This document shows positions 53,536 to 62,332 of a DNA stretch of 64,000 bases, one piece after another; position 1 is the stretch's first letter; each line of letters starts with the position of its first letter. Location: the IMG/VR virus record IMGVR_UViG_3300035683_000001, positions 1 to 64,000 of that record. One strand, 5' to 3'. Below the pieces are notes generated by a model that did not search any database, had not been told where the DNA came from, and was given only the letters and a program-made list of their open reading frames with translations. The translations under genes were made by a program, and so were the position numbers. Source of the stretch: a virus.

Positions 53536-54898
53536 CGCTAAAACCCTCTCGTTTTTGGATAGACCCGTAGAACCCGATGTCAGGCTTGAAGATTACCTTG
53601 CAGATTCCGTTCGGACCATTGCGATTTTTAGCAACGTTGATTTCTAGAATGTTTCGATCAGGAGTGCCAGGACGGTAGTACTCATCTCGGTACAGCGTCA
53701 AAATCACGTCAGCGTCTTGTTCGATGTCGCCACTGTCCTTGAGCTGTGCAATATTGGGGCGTTTATCAGACTGCTTTTCTGTTTCTCGGTTAATTTGGGC
53801 TAACGCAACGAAAGGACAGCCAAACTCTTTCGCAATATCCTTTGACTCACCAGCAAACGCACCAACCTGCTGCGCTCGGTTTGCCGACGTGCGATCGCCT
53901 AACTTCTGGATGTAGTCAAGGACAACAATGCCAACGGGTGAACCTGTCTCAACTTGAATTCGTCGTAGTTCAGAGCGAATCTTATTAGGCGTTAACTGAC
54001 TTGCTGGTGTGTCGTCAATAAACAAAGGCATCTGCCCCATTGTTCCAACGGCTGAAGTTAACGCTCCCCACTCACTTACAGCAACTCGGTTTTGAACTAG
54101 TCGCGCTAAATCAATCCCTGAATGCATCGACAGAAAGCGTTTTACCAACTTCGCTTTGTCCATCTCTGCACTGAAAAATACAGCAGGTAGCCCGTGATTC
54201 ATCGCGAAGTAGTTTGCCAGGTAGCAGCCGAAGAAGGTTTTACCCATCCCTGCGCGACCCGCCACAACAACTAAGTCTTGTTTGTGAAGTCCACCTAAAA
54301 GCCCGTCTAAATCAAGCAACCCTGTTTTGAATCCAGACTGCTCACCCTGTTCGATTTCCTCAAAAACATCTACAAGCAAGTCAGAAACGTTTGTGGCAGT
54401 CCAGCGGCTTCCCTGGGTAGTTGCTACGCTCATGACCTTTGACTGGGCTTGGTTGACCACAGAGGGTAAATCTAGGCTTGTTTCATGCCCAAGCTGCACA
54501 ATCTCGTTTCCCGCTTGAATCAACTGGCGACGGTGATACTTTTCCATCACCAAGGCAGCGTATCGGTCAATATTGACGGCAGAGATGGTATTTCCGACTA
54601 GACTGACTAGCTTTGCCCTACCTCCAATCTTTTCGGTCAACTCGTGGTCATCAAGCCAAGTCGTGACACACATCAGATCTGTTGGCTTACCCTGGCTATG
54701 CAGTGTCAAGGCTGCTTTGTAGATTTGCTTGTGGACATTCATGTAAAACGCATCGGCTTTCAGAATGTCCGCGACACGAGCGATCGCATTAGGGTCAATC
54801 AGAATGCCTCCAAGGATCGCCTCTTCAGCGTCTACGTTCTGCGGTGGGAGGCTGTTGGAGTATGCGGCAAAATCAACAACATTTTCTCTGGCTTGCAT
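53528..54898 (-). CDS. dnaB: replicative DNA helicase DnaB
   Basis: N-terminal PPQNVDAEEAILGGIL, Walker A GRAGMGKT, LAQINRE and DADVIL motifs. 456 aa, so no intein. Confidence 0.95.
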   Translation of the reverse strand: MQARENVVDFAAYSNSLPPQNVDAEEAILGGILIDPNAIARVADILKADAFYMNVHKQIYKAALTLHSQGKPTDLMCVTTWLDDHELTEKIGGRAKLVSLVGNTISAVNIDRYAALVMEKYHRRQLIQAGNEIVQLGHETSLDLPSVVNQAQSKVMSVATTQGSRWTATNVSDLLVDVFEEIEQGEQSGFKTGLLDLDGLLGGLHKQDLVVVAGRAGMGKTFFGCYLANYFAMNHGLPAVFFSAEMDKAKLVKRFLSMHSGIDLARLVQNRVAVSEWGALTSAVGTMGQMPLFIDDTPASQLTPNKIRSELRRIQVETGSPVGIVVLDYIQKLGDRTSANRAQQVGAFAGESKDIAKEFGCPFVALAQINRETEKQSDKRPNIAQLKDSGDIEQDADVILTLYRDEYYRPGTPDRNILEINVAKNRNGPNGICKVIFKPDIGFYGSIQKREGFSDD

Positions 54899-55924
54899 TT
54901 AGCTTGCTCCTTTCTTGAGTTGCTCTTTCAGTAGCCGTGCGAGTTCTGAAGGGATAATTTCGGTTCCCTCGGTTGGCTTGGGTAGCTCGGTTTTTTGGAT
55001 TACTTGAGATGCCTTAAATTCCTGCCACAGGTCATTAGTTCGGTCTTCCTCTCCCTGCTTTTGCAGGTAGTCACGAGCAAAACTTTTAGACAGCTTCTCT
55101 CTCGCGGCATACCAGTCAACAATCTCTTGCCTTGCAATCCACTTGTGATTGCTTCTTTTGATCGCCCACTCCGGACGCTTGTAATCACCTTGCATCCATT
55201 GCTCACTTTTGGCTATTGGGTGAACATAGCTGTTGTTATCACACGGCGACGGAATTCCAGGAATTGACGATTGATCTAAATTTCTTGTGACTAGCTCAGG
55301 AGAATTCGATTGCGAAGCGAAAGAGTCTGATCGAGAATCCGGCTCTTTCTGGCTTTGTTCCAACGAGGGGAGGACTTCTTCTCTAATTTCTTTAGAAGAA
55401 TTTCTTATATATAGTGCAACGGTGTTTTTACCGTTGGAACTACCCTCACCCAACGGCGTTTTTACCTTTGGGTCAACGGCGTTTTTACCGTTGGGATTCT
55501 CATTATCCAACGGCGTTTTTACCGTTGGGTGAGAGGTGTTTTTACCGTTGGGTTCGTTGGACTTTAGCTCCCTGATTGCCTCTTGCACTGATTCAACGGC
55601 TAGTAGGTAATCAAAGGTTTTGCGGTGCTTTACTGGTTGACGGGTATCGATGAACCACAAGTCCTTGAGTTTTTTGATGCGCTGCCTGACTGATTTCTCG
55701 TTATAGAGATTGAACAAGGCATCTGAGATATCCTTGGCTGTTCTTCCTTCTATCCAAGGCTGCTCACCTGATTTGATGCACTCTAGCTTTGCGTTAGTCC
55801 AAAACTCAAAAAGATGAAGGATAGCAGCAGCGCAAGGGTCGTCACCCGTGATTGCCATGTAATCTTCGCGGATTTGAAAGAAGCGTTCTCTGGCACGGTG
55901 TTCAATGCAAGACTCCCTAGCCAT
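54899..55924 (-). CDS. replication initiator (lambda O-like; wHTH N-terminus, iteron-containing)
   Basis: Located directly upstream of dnaB (TAAATG junction). The N-terminal winged-helix-like segment is ITGDDPCAAAILHLFEFW. Five iterons lie inside the gene. ATG 55924 has a GGAGG RBS; the ORF is open from 55957. Confidence 0.6.
   Translation of the reverse strand: MARESCIEHRARERFFQIREDYMAITGDDPCAAAILHLFEFWTNAKLECIKSGEQPWIEGRTAKDISDALFNLYNEKSVRQRIKKLKDLWFIDTRQPVKHRKTFDYLLAVESVQEAIRELKSNEPNGKNTSHPTVKTPLDNENPNGKNAVDPKVKTPLGEGSSNGKNTVALYIRNSSKEIREEVLPSLEQSQKEPDSRSDSFASQSNSPELVTRNLDQSSIPGIPSPCDNNSYVHPIAKSEQWMQGDYKRPEWAIKRSNHKWIARQEIVDWYAAREKLSKSFARDYLQKQGEEDRTNDLWQEFKASQVIQKTELPKPTEGTEIIPSELARLLKEQLKKGAS
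55417..55551. repeat. origin-like iterons (5 x ~21 bp CAACGG(C/T)GTTTTTACCGTTGG)
   Basis: Copies start at 55417, 55451, 55474, 55508 and (partial) 55531. Spacing alternates 34/23 nt. The AT-rich block 55381-55416 is adjacent. Confidence 0.7.
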
Positions 55925-56187
55925 CACACCACCTCCCTTGACGGATGACTGACGCATCCATGCGTCATTAAAGCGCCGTCAAACCCTTGCCAGTACTGGC
56001 TTTTCCGTGGTAAAGTCATATAAAGAGCCGCCCTTAAAGGAGCGGAAACGTGTTTAACAAACCAGAGACTCGCCTGTTAGCCGCAGGTGAGTTTCGCTTT
56101 TGTAGAGCTAATCCTCTCGTCTCTTTTCTTACTATACCATTTTTCTGGTATATTGAAAGGGTAAGTAAGAAAAAGTTTAGTGAGACA

Positions 56188-56409
56188 ATGGCAATCGTTA
56201 ACAGGCTGGGTGAAATAGCTAAGAAAAGAGAGCTATCTAGATATAAGGTTTGGAAGCTTACAGGGCTTGCACAAGATACGGCATACAGGTTGTACAGCGA
56301 TCGCTTGTATGTTCCAGGACAAGAAGTGATGGACGCAGTTTGTTCAGCGTTAGACTTGCAGCCTGGTGAGTGGTTGCAGTATGTTCCCGACGAAGACCTC
56401 GCGGCTTGA
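56188..56409 (+). CDS. XRE/Cro-like HTH regulator
   Basis: MAIVNRLGEIAKKRELSRYKVWKLTGLAQDTAYRLY. Internal ATG of ORF 56050-56409, with the palindrome TATACCATTTTTCTGGTATA (56134-56153) upstream. Confidence 0.55.
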   Translation: MAIVNRLGEIAKKRELSRYKVWKLTGLAQDTAYRLYSDRLYVPGQEVMDAVCSALDLQPGEWLQYVPDEDLAA

Positions 56410-56428
56410 CTACAAGAAAAATAGCTAT

Positions 56429-57304
56429 TCATCGCCTTGGCTTTAAAACTGCGATCTTTCCCGTGACATTGAAACCCAAGAATTTAGCTATACGCTCAGC
56501 TTCATCGTGGGTCAAATTGCCTTTGAGTTGATGCCCTCGCCAGTTTAAGCAAGTTTCTCTTGCCTTCCTAAGTGATGAAACGGGGACGTTGGTTCCCTTG
56601 TGCTTGTCAAAGCTCCACAACCCATTGGCATTGACTGCGATAACGGTTTCTCCAACTGATTGAAACTTTCGACTTGAGTTGTGAGGTGCCTTATACCAGG
56701 TGATTGCTAGGTGGTCATCTAGATAAACAATCCGCTGATTTACTATGTTCTCGTAAACGTCGATAGCATCTAAATAAGAGACAGCTATTTCTATATACAG
56801 ATTGAGTTCCTGTCCTCCGTGCCCTGCCTTGGCTATCTGTTCAAGGTTAAAAATGAGTAACTGTGTTGCTCCCCTTGCAAATTTAAACTCTTTTAGCGTC
56901 GGTGATTGCGCTAACGCTCTCCTTAGCTGAATCGAGGCAAGAGCCAGCAACTTAACCGCGTCTTTGTGCAGTGCCACGGCTGCATTGGTCGTCATCAGCA
57001 AGGCAAGCTCAAAACCGCCAACTGTGTTGTGCTTTAGGTGAGCAATATACTCTTTGCTTAAAATTTCACTGGGAAGTAGGCTTGAAAGGGTTTGACGGAC
57101 AATCTCATGTTTTTCTTGATCGCCTACTTTTAACAACCTGACTTTTTCAACAACTTCCAAAACCCTTGGAGAATAGATTTGTATCCCCTTGTGTATCTTC
57201 CTGGTGAACCTTGCGTAGTCCTGTCCATCAGCAGGTGATCGCGTCACTCTGCTAAGGAGTGAATTCGTTATTTTTTCCATCGTTTTTACCTTTGGTTTGG
57301 TCAT
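56429..57304 (-). CDS. hypothetical protein
   Basis: 291-aa ORF with no recognised motif. Confidence 0.55.
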   Translation of the reverse strand: MTKPKVKTMEKITNSLLSRVTRSPADGQDYARFTRKIHKGIQIYSPRVLEVVEKVRLLKVGDQEKHEIVRQTLSSLLPSEILSKEYIAHLKHNTVGGFELALLMTTNAAVALHKDAVKLLALASIQLRRALAQSPTLKEFKFARGATQLLIFNLEQIAKAGHGGQELNLYIEIAVSYLDAIDVYENIVNQRIVYLDDHLAITWYKAPHNSSRKFQSVGETVIAVNANGLWSFDKHKGTNVPVSSLRKARETCLNWRGHQLKGNLTHDEAERIAKFLGFNVTGKIAVLKPRR

Positions 57305-57305
57305 T

Positions 57306-57473
57306 TCACTCCTTTCTCCTCTCGTACTCAGCCACCCAGAACGCAGCCGCAGCTTCAGCTACTGCTACCACAATCACGGCTTTCTTGATTTGTGGTTTGA
57401 GCAGATCGACGAAGACACAAGCCAGCATGGTTATTCCTGCCAGTGTTAGAACAATGCGAATAACTCTGGTCAT
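57306..57473 (-). CDS. small membrane protein (55 aa)
   Basis: MTRVIRIVLTLAGITMLACVFV... The ATG overlaps the upstream stop (ATGA). Confidence 0.4.
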   Translation of the reverse strand: MTRVIRIVLTLAGITMLACVFVDLLKPQIKKAVIVVAVAEAAAAFWVAEYERRKE

Positions 57474-57754
57474 GCTGCCTCTACCAACTTCTCTAAATCC
57501 TCTCGGAGTCCTTGGTATATCAGTGCCTTGATATCTTTGGTCTCTCTGAACTGTGCTGACTGGTGAGTCCACCATGCGCCAGTAGAGGAGTGATTGACGC
57601 AGACAAAAGGACTGATTTGAATCTCCCAGTCGTTGATGACTTTTTCGATTTCAGAGAGTTCATCCTCTTCCAGTTTCGACTTGGTATAGAAGCCCATGAA
57701 GTGCCACCCATTTTGTTCGAGTAGCTTGGCGACGGCTGATTCAGTGGTGTTCAT
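57470..57754 (-). CDS. hypothetical protein
   Basis: 94-aa ORF. Confidence 0.5.
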   Translation of the reverse strand: MNTTESAVAKLLEQNGWHFMGFYTKSKLEEDELSEIEKVINDWEIQISPFVCVNHSSTGAWWTHQSAQFRETKDIKALIYQGLREDLEKLVEAA

Positions 57755-57932
57755 TGTTTCTCCTTCGGTAATCAGAGCAAGAAATTGCGTAGGGACTTAA
57801 CCCCTGGTGTTTCACAGTGCAGAGTAGTGGTACTCCGAAACGGTATTCGCCTATCCAATGGCGACAGCTTGAACATGGGGAACGGGGTTTAACTTCTTCG
57901 AGGTAGCGGGGTAGATCGCAGGGGTAGCGCAT
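57741..57932 (-). CDS. hypothetical Cys-rich protein
   Basis: 63-aa ORF with six Cys. Confidence 0.35.
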   Translation of the reverse strand: MRYPCDLPRYLEEVKPRSPCSSCRHWIGEYRFGVPLLCTVKHQGLSPYAISCSDYRRRNNEHH

Positions 57933-57976
57933 AGCAAGAAAGCCCCATCCATTGCAGACGGGGCGATAGACGACAG

Positions 57977-58999
57977 TTAATCAAGCTGAGACTTGATCCT
58001 ATAAAGATAGTGTTTCAGGTTTTCTTGTCCACCCAAGTAAGCCTGGTGAACAGCCTGTCGCGTTACTCCTAAGACTTTAGCGATTTCATGCACTCGCATC
58101 TCTTTGCCGTCATTTATTCCGAAGTACAGTTCCATAACCGCACGTTGGCGCTCTGGTAGCCTTGAGATTGCGTATCGCACCTCTTCAGCTAGAATCGATC
58201 GCGCAACATCGTCGTCAATCAATTGGTTTGAGGGAATGAAGTCACCTAGTTGCGAGTCCTCTTCTCTCCCGATCTTTTGACTAAACGAGACAGGGTTTCT
58301 TCCTAGGTAGCAGAGTTGGTTTATCTGCTCAATCAACTGGAGCATTGCCCCCTCTTTACCATTGTCGCTTGCTGCGTGATACTCCCTTGCGGCGTCACGG
58401 ATTTTTGTCCGTTTTATGTTCTCAAGTGGCATTGCTAAGTAAGCGATCGCTACCTGCTTTTGTGACGGACTTCTGCCCAACTTCTGGGCTAGTTCTCGGT
58501 AAATTTTCCGGTATTGGTTCAGTGTCTCCGTGACGTGAATCGGTAGCCGGATATTACGAGACTTTTCCGCAATGCCACGAGTGATTGCCTGTTTAATCCA
58601 CCACGTCGCGTAAGTGGAGAATTTAAACCCTTTCGTTGCATCAAATTTCTCAGCCGCTCTATCCAGCCCTAATGTCCCCTCCTGGATTAGGTCTAGATAC
58701 TCCATGTTGCGCTTTTGGTACTTCTTGGCAATTGAGACAACGAGACGCAAGTTAGCCTCAATCATTTTGTTCTTGGCGACGTTCCCTTGGTGTATAGCTC
58801 TTTCTTGCTCTCGCGTAAGAGGGATACCCTCTCTTGCTTGCTTCTGAGTCTCTAAACCAAATTGAATCAATCTCGCGTATTCTATCTCTTGATCTGATGT
58901 GAGTAAGTCAACTCTGCCAATGTTGCCCAGATACCAGCGAACTGCGTCTATTTCTTTGGGGAGATTGAGGACGTTCACCCCTCCTTCAAGACTACGCAT
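57977..58999 (-). CDS. sigma-70 family RNA polymerase sigma factor (regions 1.2-4)
   Basis: DAVRWYLGNIGRVDLL, LRLVVSIAKKY, LDLIQEGTLGL, FKFSTYATWWIKQAITR, IRLPIHVTE, and region 4 EIAKVLGVTRQAV. ATG 58999 overlaps the upstream stop. Confidence 0.9.
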   Translation of the reverse strand: MRSLEGGVNVLNLPKEIDAVRWYLGNIGRVDLLTSDQEIEYARLIQFGLETQKQAREGIPLTREQERAIHQGNVAKNKMIEANLRLVVSIAKKYQKRNMEYLDLIQEGTLGLDRAAEKFDATKGFKFSTYATWWIKQAITRGIAEKSRNIRLPIHVTETLNQYRKIYRELAQKLGRSPSQKQVAIAYLAMPLENIKRTKIRDAAREYHAASDNGKEGAMLQLIEQINQLCYLGRNPVSFSQKIGREEDSQLGDFIPSNQLIDDDVARSILAEEVRYAISRLPERQRAVMELYFGINDGKEMRVHEIAKVLGVTRQAVHQAYLGGQENLKHYLYRIKSQLD

Positions 59000-59162
59000 T
59001 TGGCACCTCTCCAGATAGCGCAACGTAAGCAGCTTCTCTCGCTTCTGGTGTGTCACCTTCTTGGAGTAATCTGATTAGAGCCAAGCGCAAAGCGCCAGCT
59101 TCTCCCTTTAGCTGCTCGACTTGGTATCGCAGCGCAAATTCTCTATTCAGCGATTGTGTCAT
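58992..59162 (-). CDS. hypothetical small protein
   Basis: 56 aa from the internal ATG of ORF 58992-59285. Confidence 0.35.
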   Translation of the reverse strand: MTQSLNREFALRYQVEQLKGEAGALRLALIRLLQEGDTPEAREAAYVALSGEVPNA

Positions 59163-59217
59163 AATGTGTTCTATTGTGTTAAGATATGCCCTGCTTGCGA
59201 GGCGGGGTTTTTTGTGA

Positions 59218-59364
59218 CTAAGCAACAGACTGTGTGACAGAGCATTGTGTTGAGAGTTTCGCTTGAGCGATCGCTTTTGCTTCAAGTTCCTCGTATTCCT
59301 GTCGCATCTTCAAAACTTTCGGGATTAATGGAATGGGAACACGGACTGGTTTTGTTTTAGTCAT
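59218..59364 (-). CDS. small Cro/Arc-like protein (48 aa)
   Basis: MTKTKPVRVPIPLIPKVLKMRQEYEELE... It is the first gene of the leftward operon, divergent from the CI-like gene. Its start lies inside the 13-bp inverted repeat. Confidence 0.4.
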   Translation of the reverse strand: MTKTKPVRVPIPLIPKVLKMRQEYEELEAKAIAQAKLSTQCSVTQSVA

Positions 59365-59404
59365 GACTGTTACACCTCCTGTAACACTTGCTGTAACAGT
59401 CATG
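59362..59404. promoter_or_regulatory. operator region of the lysogeny-type switch
   Basis: 13-bp perfect inverted repeat CATGACTGTTACA (59362-59374) / TGTAACAGTCATG (59392-59404), with a third TGTAACA at 59380-59386. Confidence 0.55.
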
Positions 59405-59486
59405 GTACTGACGGCGCACCGAAGCGTCAACTAAGCCCCGTGCTTCGGTGATATTTTGAAACAGACAACAAAATAAAGGGGAGAGA

Positions 59487-60266
59487 ATGGATAGAGAAAT
59501 ATTAAAAGACTTTGCGCTCTTGAATGTGGATTACTACGGCTCAAAGCGCACATTCGCAAGAACGATTGGAGTCGATAAAAAGACAATCGATAGATGGATT
59601 GATATGTCTGTCGCTCGGCTAGATGTCGAGTCTATCGAGAAAATTGCTCGGCACCGCAACGAAAAGCCAGAGCAGACGATCGCTTGGCTTGAAGGGCGAA
59701 CCGGGAAGGAGTCGCCTCTACTTACTCAAGTTCGACAGGCTAATTTAGATGAATTGGTTAAGGTTTTCTCTTTATCTTACGAGCTAATACAGAAACGGCT
59801 AGAGAACGAGGAGTTTCCCTTAGTGCAAGTGGGGGCATCTTCCTGTAATTTATTTGTTGATAAAGAAAAGGAAGGGTGTATGTCCGAATCAGGTGAGCGA
59901 ATTCCTATAGGCTCAAAGAGGCATCTAAAGTTAAAAGCGATTTTAATTGAATCACTAAGAATAGAAGGTGTGAATTTAGGTGATCATGAAGCGATTGCGA
60001 TCGCCTTGGGGTATAAGCCAGGAACACAGCGATTTACCAGTGCTTTAGTGATGTTGCATTGGCTACTAATCAGCACAGAGCAGACAATTAAACGACTTAG
60101 GGCTTATCACGTTGAGGCGTTAGCTCAGTTCTGCCATCGTCTTGAAAGGTTTGAGGAATTCCCCGTCTTTCGTGCGATTTGCAGAACTGAGCAGCGTTAC
60201 GAAGGAGATACTGACAGGTTGCTGGCTGATATCAATTGCGAGAATGGCGCAACGGTTGGTAGCTAG
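59487..60266 (+). CDS. CI-like HTH repressor candidate
   Basis: 259-aa ORF. The N-terminal HTH is KRTFARTIGVDKKTIDRWI. It is divergent from the early leftward operon. Confidence 0.5.
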   Translation: MDREILKDFALLNVDYYGSKRTFARTIGVDKKTIDRWIDMSVARLDVESIEKIARHRNEKPEQTIAWLEGRTGKESPLLTQVRQANLDELVKVFSLSYELIQKRLENEEFPLVQVGASSCNLFVDKEKEGCMSESGERIPIGSKRHLKLKAILIESLRIEGVNLGDHEAIAIALGYKPGTQRFTSALVMLHWLLISTEQTIKRLRAYHVEALAQFCHRLERFEEFPVFRAICRTEQRYEGDTDRLLADINCENGATVGS

Positions 60267-60388
60267 TCGTCATTGTCATCGTCACAGCAGCGGTTTGGTT
60301 CAATTTCTACGTCTGGGTCATTGTAAAAGTCAATACCAGTACTTGAGTCTGATTGAGTGCTGGTATCTGTATCATCTACTTGAGTCAT
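60263..60388 (-). CDS. highly acidic 41-aa peptide
   Basis: MTQVDDTDTSTQSDSSTGIDFYNDPDVEIEPNRCCDDDNDD. Its stop overlaps the stop of the convergent CI-like gene within CTAG. Confidence 0.3.
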   Translation of the reverse strand: MTQVDDTDTSTQSDSSTGIDFYNDPDVEIEPNRCCDDDNDD

Positions 60389-60523
60389 CTGGAAGTACTT
60401 TTGAAGGTTGCGGGATAAGACTCGCAGTAAGACGCACGTATAACGAAGCGGGAATGTCACAATACTTGGTGATAATAATCACTTAGGAGGCTATTCCTGA
60501 TAATATCCCCCTAAAGAAATAAC

Positions 60524-61426
60524 CTAGGAGAGGGCTTCTCTGATCGCATTTTTATACTCTTCTGGTAAGACTTTGATAACCTGCGCCAAGTCCTTGGGCG
60601 AGTAATCTTCCTGAAAGAAGCGGACAATCTCTTTTAATTCCTTTTGTGACAAGGGATTGTGAGCTTTACCGCTGGGAGCATAAGTGACCTCATCCTTTTG
60701 TACTGGGGTTACGGGTTCGTCGTCTTCTGAGTCTGACTCAGCTTCAGGCTTGACTGCTGTTGTCTCTTTCTTATCCTCAATCGCATCACGGGCGAATTCC
60801 TCTACATCTTCACGCAACACAGCCTTCTGTCGTTCTGATAGAGGCTTTTTCTTTTTCGCTTCCCAATGCTCAAAGATTGCGTCGGCTCCGTTGGTCTTTG
60901 GAATTTCTGCATTGTCTGCCACAGCAGCAAGCGATATCTCTTGAGCTTTCTTGTAGCGATATTCGCGATCGCTTTTCAGCTTTTCGGCTTCGGCTATCTC
61001 CTCGATAACTGCCGCTGTGATTTTCTCCTCTTTTACAACCTCAGTCCAGACGTGTATCTGATTTTCTGGCGAAAGTTCTGTCAATGGGCGACATTGTGAT
61101 TCATTGCTAGGAAGAATGAAGCCTTGAGGGATTTTGGGACCAAATGGTCCCAAAATTTCCACTACAGTTGCAGCATCAATTAGTCGCCTTGCATGTCGAG
61201 GGGTTATACCCCACCTATCCTCACAGTAAGCCTCAAACGTGCCGTAGTGTTCTCGATAAAGTCGCTCGTCTCGTATTGTTGTCAATGCCTTGCCTGACTC
61301 GTAGAAGGCTTTAAAGCCTCGGTCTATCCTCTCCTCTAGTTCGGTAAGCCTCCCTCTCTCTTCCCCTGATATCTCTTCTAGGATTGAGGGTATAGCTACG
61401 GCATCGACATCAATGGTGGTGGTCAT
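60524..61426 (-). CDS. DNA-binding protein with ParB/KorB-type HTH-like segment
   Basis: LYREHYGTFEAYCEDRWGITPRHARRLIDAATVVE is a pattern recurrent in plasmid and phage partition-type DNA-binding proteins. Memory-based. Confidence 0.4.
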   Translation of the reverse strand: MTTTIDVDAVAIPSILEEISGEERGRLTELEERIDRGFKAFYESGKALTTIRDERLYREHYGTFEAYCEDRWGITPRHARRLIDAATVVEILGPFGPKIPQGFILPSNESQCRPLTELSPENQIHVWTEVVKEEKITAAVIEEIAEAEKLKSDREYRYKKAQEISLAAVADNAEIPKTNGADAIFEHWEAKKKKPLSERQKAVLREDVEEFARDAIEDKKETTAVKPEAESDSEDDEPVTPVQKDEVTYAPSGKAHNPLSQKELKEIVRFFQEDYSPKDLAQVIKVLPEEYKNAIREALS

Positions 61427-62241
61427 ACAGATTGAATCTTGTCCAGACTACGGTGGATTGTCATTAACCTGTAGTTTAGCAGTCGCTCTGTCAAGCCTAA
61501 TTCAGTGGCAATCTCTTCACGAGTCTTTCTGCTGGAGCGTGGCTTGGTGTCGTTCTCCGCGATCGCCGTCAGAATCTTCTGATCTTCGCTGTTTAAGTCC
61601 ATCTGCTTGATAGCGCGTTTGGTCTTAGCCCAAATCATCTCAGGGGTGTTCAGTGTGGCTTTAGGTTCGTCGGTTGCTTCGTCTTGTTCGCCGACAACGA
61701 CTTCTTCCAGGCTGCTGTGGTACTGATTAGCGTGGGCTTCATTAATAGTCATCCACTCGTCCTCTGAGATACCCAGTCCCTCGGCAGCATTCAATCCCTT
61801 GGCTTCAAGCTTCTTGCCCTTGGCACTCATCTCACGCCATGCACGGGGGACTTTGACCAAGCTGCCATGATCTCTCAGGAAGTGCATGATTTCGCCTGTG
61901 ATCGTCCTGATGGCAAAGCTGCTGAATGCGTATCCCATGTTAGGGTCAAACTTCTTAACCGCAATCATCAAGCCAATCGCGCCGATTTGTGCTAAATCCT
62001 CGTAGTCTTCGCCAGTCCACTCGAATCGGTGAGCGACGTGGTGGACTAGCCCCATGTTGGCGTTGAAGAGTTGATTCTGAAGCTTGGTAAGGGGTTGAGG
62101 CTGTGGCTTGGTCTTACCACTCTTCCTAAAGGCAGAGAAAGCTTGTTCTGTTGGGTTGGTTCTAGTAGACTTAGGGGAGAAAGTATTAGAAGAAGGCATC
62201 TTGGGGACTCTTGCAGGAGTTGTATGTATCCAAGATGTCAT
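61423..62241 (-). CDS. sigma-70 family sigma factor (group 3 / SigF-like)
   Basis: DLAQIGAIGLMIAVKKFDP..GYAFSSFAIRTITGEIMHFLRDH...VKVPR, with a region 4 HTH EIATELGLTERLLNYRL. Confidence 0.8.
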   Translation of the reverse strand: MTSWIHTTPARVPKMPSSNTFSPKSTRTNPTEQAFSAFRKSGKTKPQPQPLTKLQNQLFNANMGLVHHVAHRFEWTGEDYEDLAQIGAIGLMIAVKKFDPNMGYAFSSFAIRTITGEIMHFLRDHGSLVKVPRAWREMSAKGKKLEAKGLNAAEGLGISEDEWMTINEAHANQYHSSLEEVVVGEQDEATDEPKATLNTPEMIWAKTKRAIKQMDLNSEDQKILTAIAENDTKPRSSRKTREEIATELGLTERLLNYRLMTIHRSLDKIQSV

Positions 62242-62332
62242 TTTCGTATTAATGACAACCTCGGAAGAAATACGGTAGTTTTCTCCCAGAATCTTAAGCT
62301 GACCTTAAGGCATTATGAAGCCGCTTTATATT

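Noticed and set aside
55417-55551. Could the ~21-bp repeats be a small CRISPR array?
   Set aside because: The spacing alternates 23/34 nt, so the 'spacers' would be only 2-13 nt. The repeats lie inside an ORF next to dnaB, and no cas genes are present. Iterons are the better explanation.
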